DNA of 64,000 nucleotides from Macrostomum lignano (GCA_002269645.1 NIVC01002664.1:1-64000), one strand, 5' to 3'; shown: positions 25,801-38,401, numbered from the stretch's first letter. Made by a program: numbers and translations. The notes: a model not told the origin generated them from the letters alone.

Positions 25801-28766
25801 GGGCCTGCACATCGACCAGAGCTTCTACAGCAGACGGCCTGGGGCAAGTATAGAACCGAGCTGCCTACGCGCTCCCAAGTTGCTCAAATCCCTAAATAAT
25901 TGCATCCGTTGTAGGGTTTGATGCAGGGACTAAACTGCATCAATTCTAGTGTTCGATCCAGGGACTGAACTGTATCAACGACAACTCTTGTGTTTGATCC
26001 AGGGACTAAACTGTATCAACTCTGGTGTTTGATCCAGGGACTAAGCTGTATCAACTCTGGTGTTTGATCCAGGGACTAAGCTGTATCAACTCTGGTGTTT
26101 GATCCAGGGACTAAGCTGTATCAACTCTGGTGTTTGATCCAGGGACTAAGCTGTATCAACTCTGGTGTTTGATCCAGGGACTAAACTGTATCAACTCTGG
26201 TGTTTGATCCAGGGACTAAACTGTATCAACTCTGGTGTTTGATCCAGGGACTAAACTGTATCAATTCTGATGTTTAATCCATTGACTAAACTGCATCGAT
26301 TCTGATGTTTGATCCAGGGACTAAACTGTATCAATTCTGATGTTTTATCCATTGACTAAACTGCATCAATTCTGAAGCTTGATTCATTGACTAAACTGCA
26401 TCGATTCTGATGTTTGATCCATTGACTAACCTGCATCAATTCTGATGTTTTATCCATTGACTAAACTGCATCAATTCTGATGTTTTATCCATTGACTAAA
26501 CTGCATCAATTCTGATGTTTTATCCATTGACTAAACTGCATCAATTCTGATGTTTGATTCAGGAACTGCCTCTCCAATCCATCCTCAGGTGCAAATTCTT
26601 CACTGCATCTCGCAGCCAACCGATGGCTCAATCCAGGGCGGCGAAAGCCTCATTGCTGACGGCTTCCAGGCCGCTGCCATCATGCGGCGCAGCCATCCGG
26701 ACCATTTCCAGGCTCTGACGACTCTGCCAATTGATTTCAACGACTACGGCAGCGACTTCGTTGGAGATTTTCACTTCATCAATCGGGAAACTGTGCTGCG
26801 GTTAGAGAACTTTCAAATTAACCTAACGCTTTTCTCTCGGTTTGAAGTGGTAGCATCATTTTACTTTAGCTTTCTATTTTGTGTCACTAGCCAAATGTTC
26901 ATTTGAATGCGGCAGAATCTCAAATCAATAAATAAGTCAACGAGTTACGAAAACCAAGGACTACTCAAGTAGAAGGATGGGAAACTGCGTTTCTTAGGAA
27001 ACGTTTATAAGGCTGGTTTTCGCCGAAAAATACACTACGGAGATAGGAAGTTGTCATATTTTCAACACAAAAATTGCTATTGTACGTAGAATAAAAAAAT
27101 TAACATAGAATCATAAGTTTCTGGACAAAAAGCTTTATAAATATCAATAGAGCTATAAGAAAGGCACAACATATCAAAAGAAGAGCATTAGGTCTGCCTT
27201 CTATAAAAAGCAATAACAATTTTTGTGCTGAAAAAATGAAACTTCCTATCTCTGTAGTGTATGCTTTGGCGAAAACAATCCGTATAAACATTTTCTATGA
27301 GGAATCATTGACGAGAACATTTTAATATGGGCTTCTTTAAACAAAGTGTAGAAAAACTTCGCCCTTCCCCTCCAGACTAAACAGCATCGGCGAGGTAGAC
27401 AGAGTGACATTCAGCGGTCACTCCAGGGACTACAACCAGAACCATCTGGAGCCCGAGAAAGTGCAGTTGCTCTACGAGGCGTTGAAGATTTTCTATGAAA
27501 CTCTCAGCAAACCGCCTTGTATAATTAAGCACAAGATGCAAACAGGTGAGTACGGTTGGGGTTGTGACGCAATTATTCAATGCCTGGTAGACTTAATACT
27601 TTAACTTTCTAACAAATAGCGAAGAATTAACTAACACTTGAAGCAAAATTTAGCATTAGGCGGACAGTGAAAGATTAAATGGTCGTAAAAAGTCGGAAGA
27701 GAGTTAAACAGGCTATAGTTAAAAGTAATAAAACTGGACCTCTTCGTGCGCCACGCGCACGGAGAGTCCTAAATTATCGATGTACAACTATTATACAAAA
27801 CGCTCACGCGCACGGAGAGTCCTAAATTATCGATGTACAACTATTATACAAAACGCTCACGCGCGCGGAAAGGTCTAAATTATCGATCGTGCAACTATTA
27901 TACAAACCGCTTACGCGTGCGGAGAGGTCTAAATTATCGATCGTGCAACTATTATACAAAACGCTTACGCGTGCGGAGAGGTCTAAATTATCGATCGTGC
28001 AACTATTATACAAAACGCTTACGCGTGCGGAGAGGTCTAAATTATCGATCGTGCAACTATTATACAAAATGCTTCGCGTGCGGAGAGGTCTAAATTATCG
28101 ATCGTGCAACTATTATACAAAACGCTCACGCGTGCGGAGAGTCCTAAATTATCGATGTACAACTATTATACAAAACGCTCACGCGTGCGGAGAGTCCTAA
28201 ATTATCGATGTACAACTATTATACAAAACGCTCACGCGTGCGGAGAGTCCTAAATTATCGATGTACAACTATTATACAAAACGCTCACGCGTGCGGAGAG
28301 TCCTAAATTATCGATGTACAACTATTATACAAAACGCTTACGCGTGCGGAAAGGTCTAAATTATCGATCGTGCAACTATTATACAAAACGCTTACGCGTG
28401 CGGAGAGGTATAAATTATCGGTGTACAACTATTATACAAAACGCTCTAAATAGATCGTAAACACAATAGGACAAAAATAAAGCGGCCCAATTGAGGGCCA
28501 CAATACGGAAAAAACGTTGAGGAAATAGGAAAAGATACGAATTTTGTCAGTTTATACACGTATGCATAAACCTGACTACGCGACTCCGCGCAGGCCACAT
28601 GCAACTGTTGGACAATCGCCGAGTACTTCACGGTCGTCTGGCGTTCAACGTGATAGGAACTGCTGAACGATTCTTGCACGGCGGCTACGTGGAATGGGAC
28701 GAGGTTTACAGCCGGATGCGAAGGCTCGAAGAGGCGGCCAGAGGCGACGCCAGAGAGGCGCAATAG
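22816..28766 (+). CDS. BBOX1: Gamma-butyrobetaine dioxygenase-like (Fe(II)/2-oxoglutarate dioxygenase, carnitine synthesis); exons 22816-23092, 24828-25013, 25589-25843, 26589-26800, 27376-27545, 28594-28766; start exon uncertain (candidate 22045-22139)
   Basis: Zn-binding WLRDSCQCPTCF and DGH; iron-binding HxD (LGLHID) and distal His (LLDNRRVLHGR); PGVQILHC and GGESLIADGF motifs; C-terminal RFLHGGYVEWDEV. All junction phases are compatible. Confidence 0.92.
23365..24120. repeat. ~22-23-bp intronic minisatellite (gaaatgtcctatccctcagggg)
   Basis: Direct tandem copies inside a BBOX1 intron. Confidence 0.96.
24322..24703. repeat. 28-bp intronic minisatellite (gatcagctgttatactacagtggtcctt)
   Basis: Direct tandem copies. 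Confidence 0.96.
25119..25452 (-). mobile_element. tRNA-derived SINE, family A, copy 2 (in a BBOX1 intron)
   Basis: GGGGGCGTAGCCCAGTGG ... GGCTCGATTCCAAGTGCAGTCA head; body aligns with 7979-8296. Confidence 0.85.
25920..26560. repeat. 35-bp intronic minisatellite (ccagggactaagctgtatcaactctggtgtttgat) with a drifting variant
   Basis: Period 35, e.g. 26033 vs 26068. Confidence 0.94.
26955..27295. mobile_element. MITE-like element with imperfect inverted arms, in a BBOX1 intron
   Basis: 27003-27075 is an imperfect reverse complement of 27217-27290 (tacactac.gagataggaag...cacaaaaattg); related to 1900-2150. Confidence 0.55.
27760..28445. repeat. 53-54-bp intronic minisatellite
   Basis: Unit aaacgctcacgcgtgcggagag..ctaaattatcgat..gcaactattatac. 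Confidence 0.95.
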
Positions 28767-29574
28767 GCCTTAATTTTTTTTTTCAAATAGTTTCATTCCT
28801 TAACAGTGCTAAAAAGCATGTCGGTTAAAAGTTACTTAAATGCGGCTCTTTTAAAAAGAAATTTCTGTGTGGCTTCTAACGCCTACTCTGAGTTGAGGCC
28901 ATGTGAACTGCTAAGAAGACAAGTACGAGTAGATAGAGGAAGATAGAGGCTTCGATCAATACAACAGCCTGTCTATTAAAAAGTCTATTTTTTCTATTTT
29001 TCATACCTGGCAGTTCTCTTTTTCACTCCCACTATTTGCTGAGCTATAGATGCTGTATGAAAGAGTTGTGTGCGAAAAGACCTTAGGAATAAATGCCTTA
29101 TACTGCTATATATATATACGCTACTCTAAGTCCGCTCCGTGTTTTTGCCTAACACCCCACAACTTAGTTACATTTACAGCATTCTCTCACCCTCTCAGAG
29201 GTGTGTTTACCCACACCTCTCCTCCACTGCTTGCGCGACTCCGTGATGCAGATGATTGACTGACACGATCGGGAGCTGGGAGACTGGCAGACCCTTGTCT
29301 GTCTCATCCAGCAGTGCATCTTGAAATATGGATTTTCTCAGTAACCAAATCAAAAACTTCAGAACCAGATTCACTGATTAATTTAAGAAAGCGCTAGAAA
29401 AAAGTTAATTTTGCACTTCAGACTCAAAGCAATAGCAAATCGTTGTGGCTTGTTTTCAAATAAAATGACCCGTGATTTTCGCCCGTGTTCATTCATTAAT
29501 ATCGACCATTTTTGTGTACCTCCGTTAGTCAATTGGCCATAGAGAGAACCTAGCGCAAACTACGGGCCAGAGGA

Positions 29575-29775
29575 GGGGAGATAGAGGAGAGAATAAAGGA
29601 GAGGAGACAAGACGTGAGGAGGGATGAAATAAGAGAAAGGAGGGGAGAGGAGAGAAGAGAGGAGGAGGAGAGAGGAGAGGAAAGGAAAAGAGAGGAGAGA
29701 AGAGAGGAGAGAAGAGAGGAGAGGAAAGGAAAGGAGAGGAGAAAAGAGAGGAGAGAAAAGATTAGAGATTGAAGA
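29575..29775. repeat. GA-rich low-complexity tract
   Basis: gagga/agaga runs. Confidence 0.85.
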
Positions 29776-30074
29776 GAGTTGAGAACATATTTAGAGACAC
29801 AAAACTTGAGCGGGCCTGATTTATTTAGCCTACCCCTGAATAAGCTAATCAATAAGCTTTCCTAAACCCAAGTCTTATCCAAGAGGCCTCAATTAACCGG
29901 GAGTATCGCAGCAACTTCTGCACGTTCCGTTTCAATGTTGCGATTGCGTAGAAAATTTTTATTTGGAAACATATAAACGTCAGAGTTGAATGGTGCAGGC
30001 AAACTTTCTCGAGTTCTAACAAGTACTGGGACAACAGGAAGACGATCGTGTGGCCTTGCTGAGGAGCTCTGGCA

Positions 30075-30794
30075 CTACATCAGCACTCTGTCTTCTGTGC
30101 CGCCAGCTGATGAAGAAGCGACGCCTTTCTTTGGCAGCATCGCCGAGGTGACTTCCGCTCCGGTGTCGAAGTCTTCAACATCGTCAATAATATCGCCATC
30201 GTCCTCTGGAACGGCGAGTGTCGCAAAGACGAAGTCCGGGGGCGTCTGAGGTGGAGTCAGGGGCGGCGGTGGTGCCAATGGCATTGGAGGCGGAGGCAGA
30301 GGAGGCCGCGTTGGCGGCGGCGCATTCAGCAAAGACGAGTCCTCCACTGCTGCACCGGAAGCAATGGATGCGGCTGCTGCTGTTGCTGCTGCAACGGAGG
30401 CGTTGCGTCGAGCTCGCGACCTCGCCCGAAGATGGCAGACCGTCATGCCGAGCGCCATCAGCGCCATCAGGACTGCCAGAATCGCGGCGGTCCTCAGCCC
30501 GTCCCAGGGGTCATAGTCTAGCCTTTCAATTCGTGACTTGACCCCGTCGTTGCGATAGTACTTGTACAGCTCGTCGAACGAGATCAATCGGCGATCTTTG
30601 AAAGCCTGCTGGAGGCGACTCGGCGAGACGGACCGAACAAGGCTGCCTTCTTCGGTACGATTGTTGGCGGAGACATCGGCGACCACTGCGGGAACCATCG
30701 GGGGCATTGACTGTGCAGATCTGCTTTCTATCATCTCCCGAGAGCAGCTGCGGTCAGTGGCGGTCGGGCTCTGTATGCCTAAATGAACTCTCAT
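30075..30794 (-). CDS. Uncharacterised single-pass membrane protein with a proline-rich tail
   Basis: GC-rich ORF with one hydrophobic helix (TAAILAVLMALMALGMTVCHL), followed by a basic stop-transfer segment (RARSRARR) and PPPPP tracts. First ATG at 30794. Confidence 0.7.
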   Translation of the reverse strand: MRVHLGIQSPTATDRSCSREMIESRSAQSMPPMVPAVVADVSANNRTEEGSLVRSVSPSRLQQAFKDRRLISFDELYKYYRNDGVKSRIERLDYDPWDGLRTAAILAVLMALMALGMTVCHLRARSRARRNASVAAATAAAASIASGAAVEDSSLLNAPPPTRPPLPPPPMPLAPPPPLTPPQTPPDFVFATLAVPEDDGDIIDDVEDFDTGAEVTSAMLPKKGVASSSAGGTEDRVLM

Positions 30795-31489
30795 TTTCAA
30801 CCCCCCTCCAGCAGGGACAGCCAATCGGGAATCGAGGGGAGCAGAGAGGCCTACAGCTGGGCGCGGCTCCATGGACCTTATTTATCTAGGTCTTTGCGCT
30901 GCTTTTTGCCAGAGTCAAGTTTCCTAATTTCCCTCGAGAAGGACAGTACACATAGCTCTCAACAAAGCAGGGAAGAGGGAAAACTGACCCTGTTGCCATA
31001 GCGTGGGATCTGGGATGCTGCAGCAACATTGGGATGCATTTTCATTCGAAGAATAGCTATAGGTACAACCTGTATCTTCCCTCGGATAGTCTATTGGAGA
31101 GCAGATCTTGAGTGGGGGGGGGACAAAATGTCACGTGAGAGCTCACCTCACGCGAATCGCTTGGGGGCAAATCCCCCTATGCCAGGGCTCGAGCACTTGA
31201 GTTGGGAATTCCTGTTTTGTAGGATAGAAATTTGCTCGCCCCCTCTCGATTCTACTGATGAGGCCAACGATTTTGTTGGAAAGGGCCACCCAGGGACTTG
31301 AGGCGGGGCTCATATGCTCATATTAAGTACATGAGCATTGGCGAAATAAGAAATTTTCGATTTTCTGCGTGAAACAAACTTGAAGTGCTTCTCGGATATA
31401 CATCAACTACAGAGCTGGCTCGCAGCCTTAAAGCCAGAAAAGGCATTGCCTTGCTAGAATAACTATCTAGAAACATCCCATAGTGATCG

Positions 31490-32118
31490 AGTGACATTGT
31501 GAGAGTAACATGGTGACAGAGTGACATGGTGACAGAGTGATATGGTGACAGAGTGACATGGTGACAGAGTGACATGGTGACAGAGTGACATGGTGACAGA
31601 GTGACATGGTGACAGAGTGGCATGGTGACAGAGTGACATGGTGACAGAGTGACATGGTGACAGAGTGACATGGTGACAGAGTGAAATTGTGACAGAGTGA
31701 CATGGTGACAGAGTGACATGGTGACAGAGTGACATGGTGACAGAGTGACATTGTGACAGAGTGACATGGTGACAGAGTGACATGGTGACAGAGTGACATG
31801 GTGACAGAGTGACATGGTGACAGAGTGACATGGTGACAGAGTGACATGGTGACAGAGTGACATGGTGACAGAGTGACATGGTGACAGAGTGACATGGTGA
31901 CAGAGTGACATGGTGACAGAGTGACATGGTGACAGAGTGACATGGTGACAGAGTGACATGGTGACAGAGTGACATGGTGACAGAGTGACGGTGGACAGAG
32001 TGACATGGCGACAGAGTGACATGGCGACAGAGTGACAATGAACAGAGTAACGGTGGACAGAGTGACATGGTAACAGAGTGACAATGGACAGAGTGACGGT
32101 GGGCAGAGTGACATGGAG
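31490..32118. repeat. 16-bp minisatellite (gtgacatggtgacaga)
   Basis: Direct tandem copies. Confidence 0.97.
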
Positions 32119-32962
32119 ACATGCGCATTCTAATATAAGACTTGCCTGTGAAATTTGAAATTTTAGGGAATAAAGGGAATAATGAGAAAGAATATTTTAA
32201 CCAAACTATTAAGTCCACTCGTGCATGCCCTCAATGCAGTTGACGCTACTTAAATACGAAAATACGCAAAATACTAATAAATATTAATCTGAACGTGTGT
32301 CTAGATATCCAGACCTTAAGGGAATATGCACTACCTGGAATAGTGCATTATTCAATTATTCTTTTTGGCTTGTGTATCATAGATAATATATAGTATTGCT
32401 ACTCGTATTTATGGTTCATATATATTCATAAGTCCGCGGGCCCAGCCCAGTTGCTAGGGTTCACCCAAGCGGAGCAGGGCTAGAAGGATTCCCTCCACCA
32501 TGCAGCCTCAGTCGCATGCCTGACTGACTGCATGGCGTGGCGTGAGGCCCTCCAATATAAAAGTGGGGCATTGAAAATCGCCACAATGCCAAATATTTTT
32601 TTAGAATAAGCCGCTGAGAAGCATCTTTGTGAGTCTGGGTCACGTTATCTACATCTTTGATGCGGAACTCTGTTGGAACTTTTAAAGAAAGTAAAGCTAT
32701 TGTGTCGCGAGCTATTGTTGATGAAGGTAGTATTATCGCATCGTTCACTGTGCTCACTCAGTGTGATTCACTACATAGAGAGTGACTCATTCAGCGTGAT
32801 TCACTATATGTAAGACTCTGTGTGAGACTCAGTTAGTGTGATTTTTCGTGTGTGATCCATCAGAGTGACTCATCGTGTGTGTGGTTCACTCGGTGTGTGT
32901 TTATTAGGATGCAATCTACTCACTCACTCATTCACTTATAGTGTGACTCTCACTCAGCAAGA

Positions 32963-33185
32963 TTGCAGCCCGGACAGCATCCCACGGCTCATCCAGTTCC
33001 TTCGGGTGACAAGACGAGCCATTGTCTTCCCCACGGAAGATCACGCTGCAGGACGGACCGGCGGACCACCCTGACCGGCCCCACGCCTCTGCCTGTCTGC
33101 TGGCCTTCAGGGGCTGGCGGAATGGGCGACCCTCGCCTCCCCGCTGTGTCTACGGACCACCCTGCAGCTAAGTCAAGTAAGTCAG
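32963..33185 (+). mobile_element. 5'-truncated 3' end of a LINE related to the 35020-38401 element
   Basis: Encodes PDSIPRLIQFLRVTRRAIVFPTEDHAAG (compare PESIPLLARYLRDTGRAEFFPTVGEEDRAAG) and ends ggaatgggcg...ctgcagctaagtcaagtaagtca, like the large copy. Confidence 0.8.
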
Positions 33186-35019
33186 CAAGATTGACTGTGC
33201 GTGGCTCACTTAAGAAGCGCGACTTATTCTTTGTCAAATTGAGTTGCCCCTGCTTCACTCATGACTCACAGAGCATGGTGTGTGAATTGATAAACGTCAC
33301 GTGATTGCCATACTTCAGACCAGAAGTTCATTATAATGCCTCTAGAAATTCAGGAAGCTCCCTGTGTTCCTTTCTCTTATAATTTCATTTCCAAGAAAAA
33401 AGGGACTGAGGGCGCGGCTTCAATCAAGGCGCAGACTTATTTTCTTCTGGCAGGCACAGCAGACATGAGGGAAAACTGCCTGCAGGCTATGTGAACAAGA
33501 AACGAAAATTTGTTGGCAATCAGAGATTGGCCCCGAGGGGAAATGGCTCTCTGCTATCGCTAATGAGGCTGCAGCAGACTTTAGCATCTCAATTTTTCAA
33601 GCTAGTATGAATTCATCATTCAATATTCTGTATTATTTCTACAATAGTTTGATAACAAATACAGTTTACCAAATCTTTGTAGAATTCTCCGGAAGGCTAA
33701 TCTCTATAAACTTACAGAAGCCGATCAAACAAGGTTTGTCAATCTTCAGCCTTAACTCTACAAAAATTCAAACTCAAAGGCAAACCGCCTCACACTCGAG
33801 AGCTCACTACAAACGATTTTAGGCCCATAATTGAGTGTAAAAGAATTAAACTAATAGACAATTATAGATAACTGACCTCAGTTCACGCAGTCTCTCCCTT
33901 CACAAAGCACTCAGATCGATGAATATATTATGAAAGCCAAAAAAGAAAGCTCATTGACCTAAAAAGAAAAACAAGGGAAGCGAAACAGGCTATGATTCTA
34001 GAGATATGTATTTTGAGCAGAAGTGCAACTTCGATCGTTCTGCGATGAAGATCTTTATCGGTACCGGCTGTTACACACATACTTGCAGCCTTCGGATGAG
34101 AATATACGATCGATATTGACGTTTTTTGTTTATCATCAGGCCATGAAAGCATTACCACCTGTGTATAGGTACATCTCTAGCCATGTAAAATGGCTTGAGC
34201 TATAAGTGCTGCATGGAGCCAAATGCACTTCTATCCAACATCTATGCATGCATTGCAAAGATCGAAACAGCCAATCCAGCATGCTTTTATAGACACACGT
34301 CACACAATATTGCGTGTAGTTGCAGAACCTCACTCAAAACTGCAGTACAGCAAGTTATTCTACATCCTTTTAGTTCCCTTTACCCAGACTCTCGGCCCAT
34401 TAGCAGCAGCTGTGGCGCTGAACTCATCTTTTAACCGGACTCACGCGATTACGATCAATAAAAGGTAAACAGAAATTATGCTTCCTGCACGCGCGATGGT
34501 TATATTAAGTGATGGGTACAGATGCATATATATGCCGTACACTAATATCATCCACTTTAATTTAACTCCGCGTGTATATATTTCTTAATTAATTTTCCCA
34601 ACTTACTCATGCCAAACACACTTAATTGACATGTACTTAAAAAACTACTTACAGAACTCATGTTTTGTAATTATTATAAATTTCTAAATCATGCTTTTAG
34701 CCTATATATAAGGTAAAAGCTGCACATGTTTGTAACTTATATTACACTTCAATAACTTATAGTTGTAAGCATATAGCACGACTCCCGCCTCTCTACAAGA
34801 ATGTTACGAGTACAAGCCAAAGGATCACTGCACTGAGGCATACATAATTACATTAATAGATCATCCATATGTAAAAGTGCGCTGTTGCTGTCACTTCAGG
34901 AGAGGACAATCACACATACATGTAAGCATAAGCAGGCGCGTCGCCACCGGGGACAGGGGGGACATGTTCCCCCCAATAAAAACTATGGGGGGACATGCGA
35001 ATCCTTTATCCCCCACCCC

Positions 35020-38000
35020 TTGACTTACTTTGACTTAGCTGCAGGGGGCGTCCGGCGTATGCAGCGAGGAGGCGGAGGAGACCGCCCATTCCGCTAGCCC
35101 CTGGCGACCAATGACTTCCGTTGAAGTGGTGTCGCTCAGGGGGACCCGTCGGTCTCGCCTGCAGCGCGGTCCTCCTCACCGACGGTGGGGAAGAACTCAG
35201 CTCGTCCCGTGTCCCTGAGGTACCGGGCGAGCAGCGGGATGCTCTCGGGCCTGCAAACGTCGGAGAGAACCGGGTTTGGCCCGAGGTGAGTGAGCCTGGC
35301 CCTGGTGAAAACCGGGCAGTGGCAGATAAAGTGCTCGGCGTTTTCACTGCCTGAGCGGCAGAAGGGGCACCGCTCCTCAGGTACCTGGCCCTGAAGGAAG
35401 CGGTGGCGAGAGAGGCAGCCATGCCCGGAGAGGGCCATGCTAACTGCTCTGAGGTCTCTGCGGTTGAGCCTGAGGAGGGCTCTACGCAGGAGAGGAGAGG
35501 GGCAGGGGACGGCAGCACGGGCTTGCCTACAATTCCGGGTGTCGTGCCATCTGCGGAGATGCTCGGAGTCAGTCCAGCGCTTAACGCGGGAGTTGATCAC
35601 CGAGGCGGGGATGGGGGCTCCCGGGCCCGGCCGCAGCAGCGCGCCGGCGGAGCCAGCCTTGGCCAGCAGGTCAGCGCGCTCGTTGCCGAGGAAGCCGGCG
35701 TGGCCCGGGATCCATCTGAGCTCCACCTGGTTGCCTAGCGCAAGCCCGTTGAGCTGGGTGTTGCAGTCCAGGACTAACCTGGAGCTGGCGGTGCTGCGGC
35801 AGAGAGCCCGAAGGGCTGCTTGGCTGTCAGAGTGAAAAATAAATTTCCGACCGCTAAGCTGCCTTCGGCGCAGCTCTGCCGCACAGGAGCTGATGGCAAG
35901 CACCTCGCTCTGAAAAACACTGGAGTTGGGCCCAGTGTGCTGGGAGTAGCTCCACACCACTTCTCCCTTGAAGAAGACGCCAGCTCCGAAGCCTGAAAGA
36001 CCATGCCTCATAGAGCCGTCAGTGTAACAGTGGACTTCAGAATCGCTCCAGCTGTCACTCGCCTCGTGTCGAGGCTGAACAGTGACCTTATACCTTTGGC
36101 TCAGGAGAAGGGTGGCTGGGATTGAGTCCGTGAGGATGTTGAGCCCGCCACACTCCTCGAGAGCCTTGAGGCAGAGGTCAGAGTGCGGGATAAGCGACCG
36201 CTTCTAAAAGGCCCGCACTTTTTTGAAGGCCACCCCAGCATCCATAAGACGCCGGGTGCTCTTCGCTGCCTCTCCTTTGATATAAATATCCAGAAGAGGG
36301 GCACAGAGGAAGGCATTCATGCCTTCAAAAGGAGTAGAGGGTGGAGCGCCCATAGTCATGCGGCAGGCTCTGCCCTGGATTTTGTAGAGAGCGTCGAGGT
36401 TGCTCTTGACGCTCAGGCCGCTAGCCCAAACGAGGCTTGCGTAACTGATCGAGGGGCGGATGATGGCAGTGTAAATCCACCACAGCTTCCTGGGGGTGAG
36501 CCCCCAGGTGGTGCCCACGGCGCGCCTGATCAGGGCCAGGACAGCCAGGGCTTTTTTGGCTTTAGCTTGAATGTGCGGGGTCCAGTTAAGCCTGTGGTCC
36601 AGAGTGAGGCCCAGGCAGCGGACCTGCTTCTCCATGGAAATATCCTTTCCATAGAGGGTGAGGGGCCTAATGGTCCAGAGCAGTTTGTTGGTAAACATGA
36701 CCGCTGTGGTTTTCGACTCTGAGAGTCTAAGGCCACATTGGTTTGCCCAACGCTCCGCTCGTCCCAGAAAGCCCTGCAGAAGGTCTCTGATGGTATCAAC
36801 CGAGGGGCCCGCGCATATCGCGGTCACATCATCGGCATAGCCCACCTTGAGAATGGGGTCGTGGAGATCACTGCAAAGCAACTCATCCATGACCATGTTC
36901 TAGAGAACGGAGTTGAGAACTCCGCCCTGGGGGCCCCCTTTCTGGACAGGCGCCGAAAGAGAGCTGCCGTTCAGGTGGGCCACAACAGTGCGGTTCCGGA
37001 TCATGAACATGATCCACCGGACAAGGTGAGGGTGCGTGGCCCTGGATTCCAGGGCTCTGCAAAAGGCCTTGAAGATGACGTTGTCGAAGGCCCCCTCAAT
37101 GTCCAGGAAAAGCGAGAGGGCAAAGCCGCTGCCAAGAACGGCCCTCTCCAGGAAGTCAACAATGACATGGAGGTATAAGGATTCAATTTCATATGCATGT
37201 AGGCCTTAGGGACTATTTAGGGACTATCGTAGGAACTATTAGGAATAGGACTTAGGATTTAGGAAATTAGGGAATTGCATTGTTATCAGAGCGTGGTGGA
37301 GTGTAGCAGTTGTGGACAGCTGCACTCTTACAAAAAGCCACAAGTGCTTGATGACGGCATTGCAAAGGGCGAGTGCAGGCCGCCCTAAAAGTCTGCTTCC
37401 ACTTTAGAGGGGTTGTATGCCTTTATGTGGGGCGGGGTTCAATTACATTTTTTAACAGAGGCATTTCAGGAATCGCACGAGAAAGGGGAACCGTGAGAAT
37501 CGGCCGGAATTGCGCGGTGGCTGGAAGACGTGAAAAATGATAACGCAGACAGTTTCACAGGGACTTCATCGGGGAAATTTACTATAAATAAGCGAGGGGT
37601 TAAATGCTAAAAAATTTACCCCCCCCTTTTCTCACTCTCTTTTCACTCTCTTTTAAACGCCTTGTATTAACTTTTGGATTGCTTAATAGTTTGCAAATCA
37701 CGACGACCGCTTCTGCAGACACCTGTGACCGGAGGGTAAGACTGAGCACTGCCATGACTATAGATTTATGAATAGTAGCGTATCGGTCTCAGACCAGGTA
37801 GATAGGCGTAATTTATATATATATATATAATAGATTAATAGGAGTATTTGAGTAGCTTAGTTATACCGTAGTGTCTCAGACTTATTCTCCCTGCTTGTAG
37901 CTCGCTTATTTGCTTATTAATACAAACGTTGAAAATGCAGTAGTAAATATAATTATATGGTTGATCGGTAAATAACATCCAAGCATATTCTACCTCGTTT

Positions 38001-38401
38001 GAGTTACTATTAATCATATGTAAGGTTCTTAGTTTGCGGCCAACTAGGAAACTTATAGGAGGGCACTCTCGGTAGACCTGCCCGCGCGACCGAAAGTAGG
38101 CGCCAAAGCACCAGTCTCTCGAGGAGCTTGAGGCAGAAAGAAGTGAGGCTGATAGGCCTGAAGGCCTTCACCGATTGGTAGTCGCTCTTTCCAGGCTTGG
38201 GGATAAAGACCACCCGGGCCTCTCTCCACGCAACTGGTACATAGCCCAGCTCCACACAAGCTCGAAGGAGACGACAGAGCAGGTCCAGGAAGCGGTGGTT
38301 TTTCACCGCCTCGTGCAAGAACGCTAGGTAGATGCCGTCGGGCCCAGGCGCCTTGAACGGGTTAATGGACCTTGCCGCTCTAATAATGCGGTCTTTGGTG
38401 A
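35020..38401 (-). mobile_element. 5'-truncated, inactivated non-LTR retrotransposon (RT + RNase H + C-terminal Cys/His knuckle; I/R1/LOA-like group)
   Basis: RT motifs KAPGPDG, RPISLTS, FLDIEGAFD, PQGGVL, YADD; RNase H motifs CYTDGS, FQSEV, SDSQAAL, WIPGH, GNERAD; knuckle CPFC..ENAEHFICHC. 10-bp TSD CCCCCACCCC (35010-35019, 38402-38411). In-frame TAG stops at 36900-36902 and 36204-36206. Short AAGTC-repeat 3' tail. Confidence 0.93.
37174..38057. mobile_element. 884-bp non-coding insertion with TATAAG..CTTATA termini and a 5-bp TSD (solo-LTR-like or non-autonomous element)
   Basis: GGAGG at 37169-37173 and 38058-38062. Removing the insertion restores the RT segment STESA-L-HVIVDFLER. Confidence 0.8.

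Noticed and set aside
35403-37178. Plus-strand ORFs antisense to the LINE (35403..35738, 36183..36722, 36738..37178)
   Set aside because: Shadow ORFs of the RT/RNase H coding strand with no recognisable motifs.
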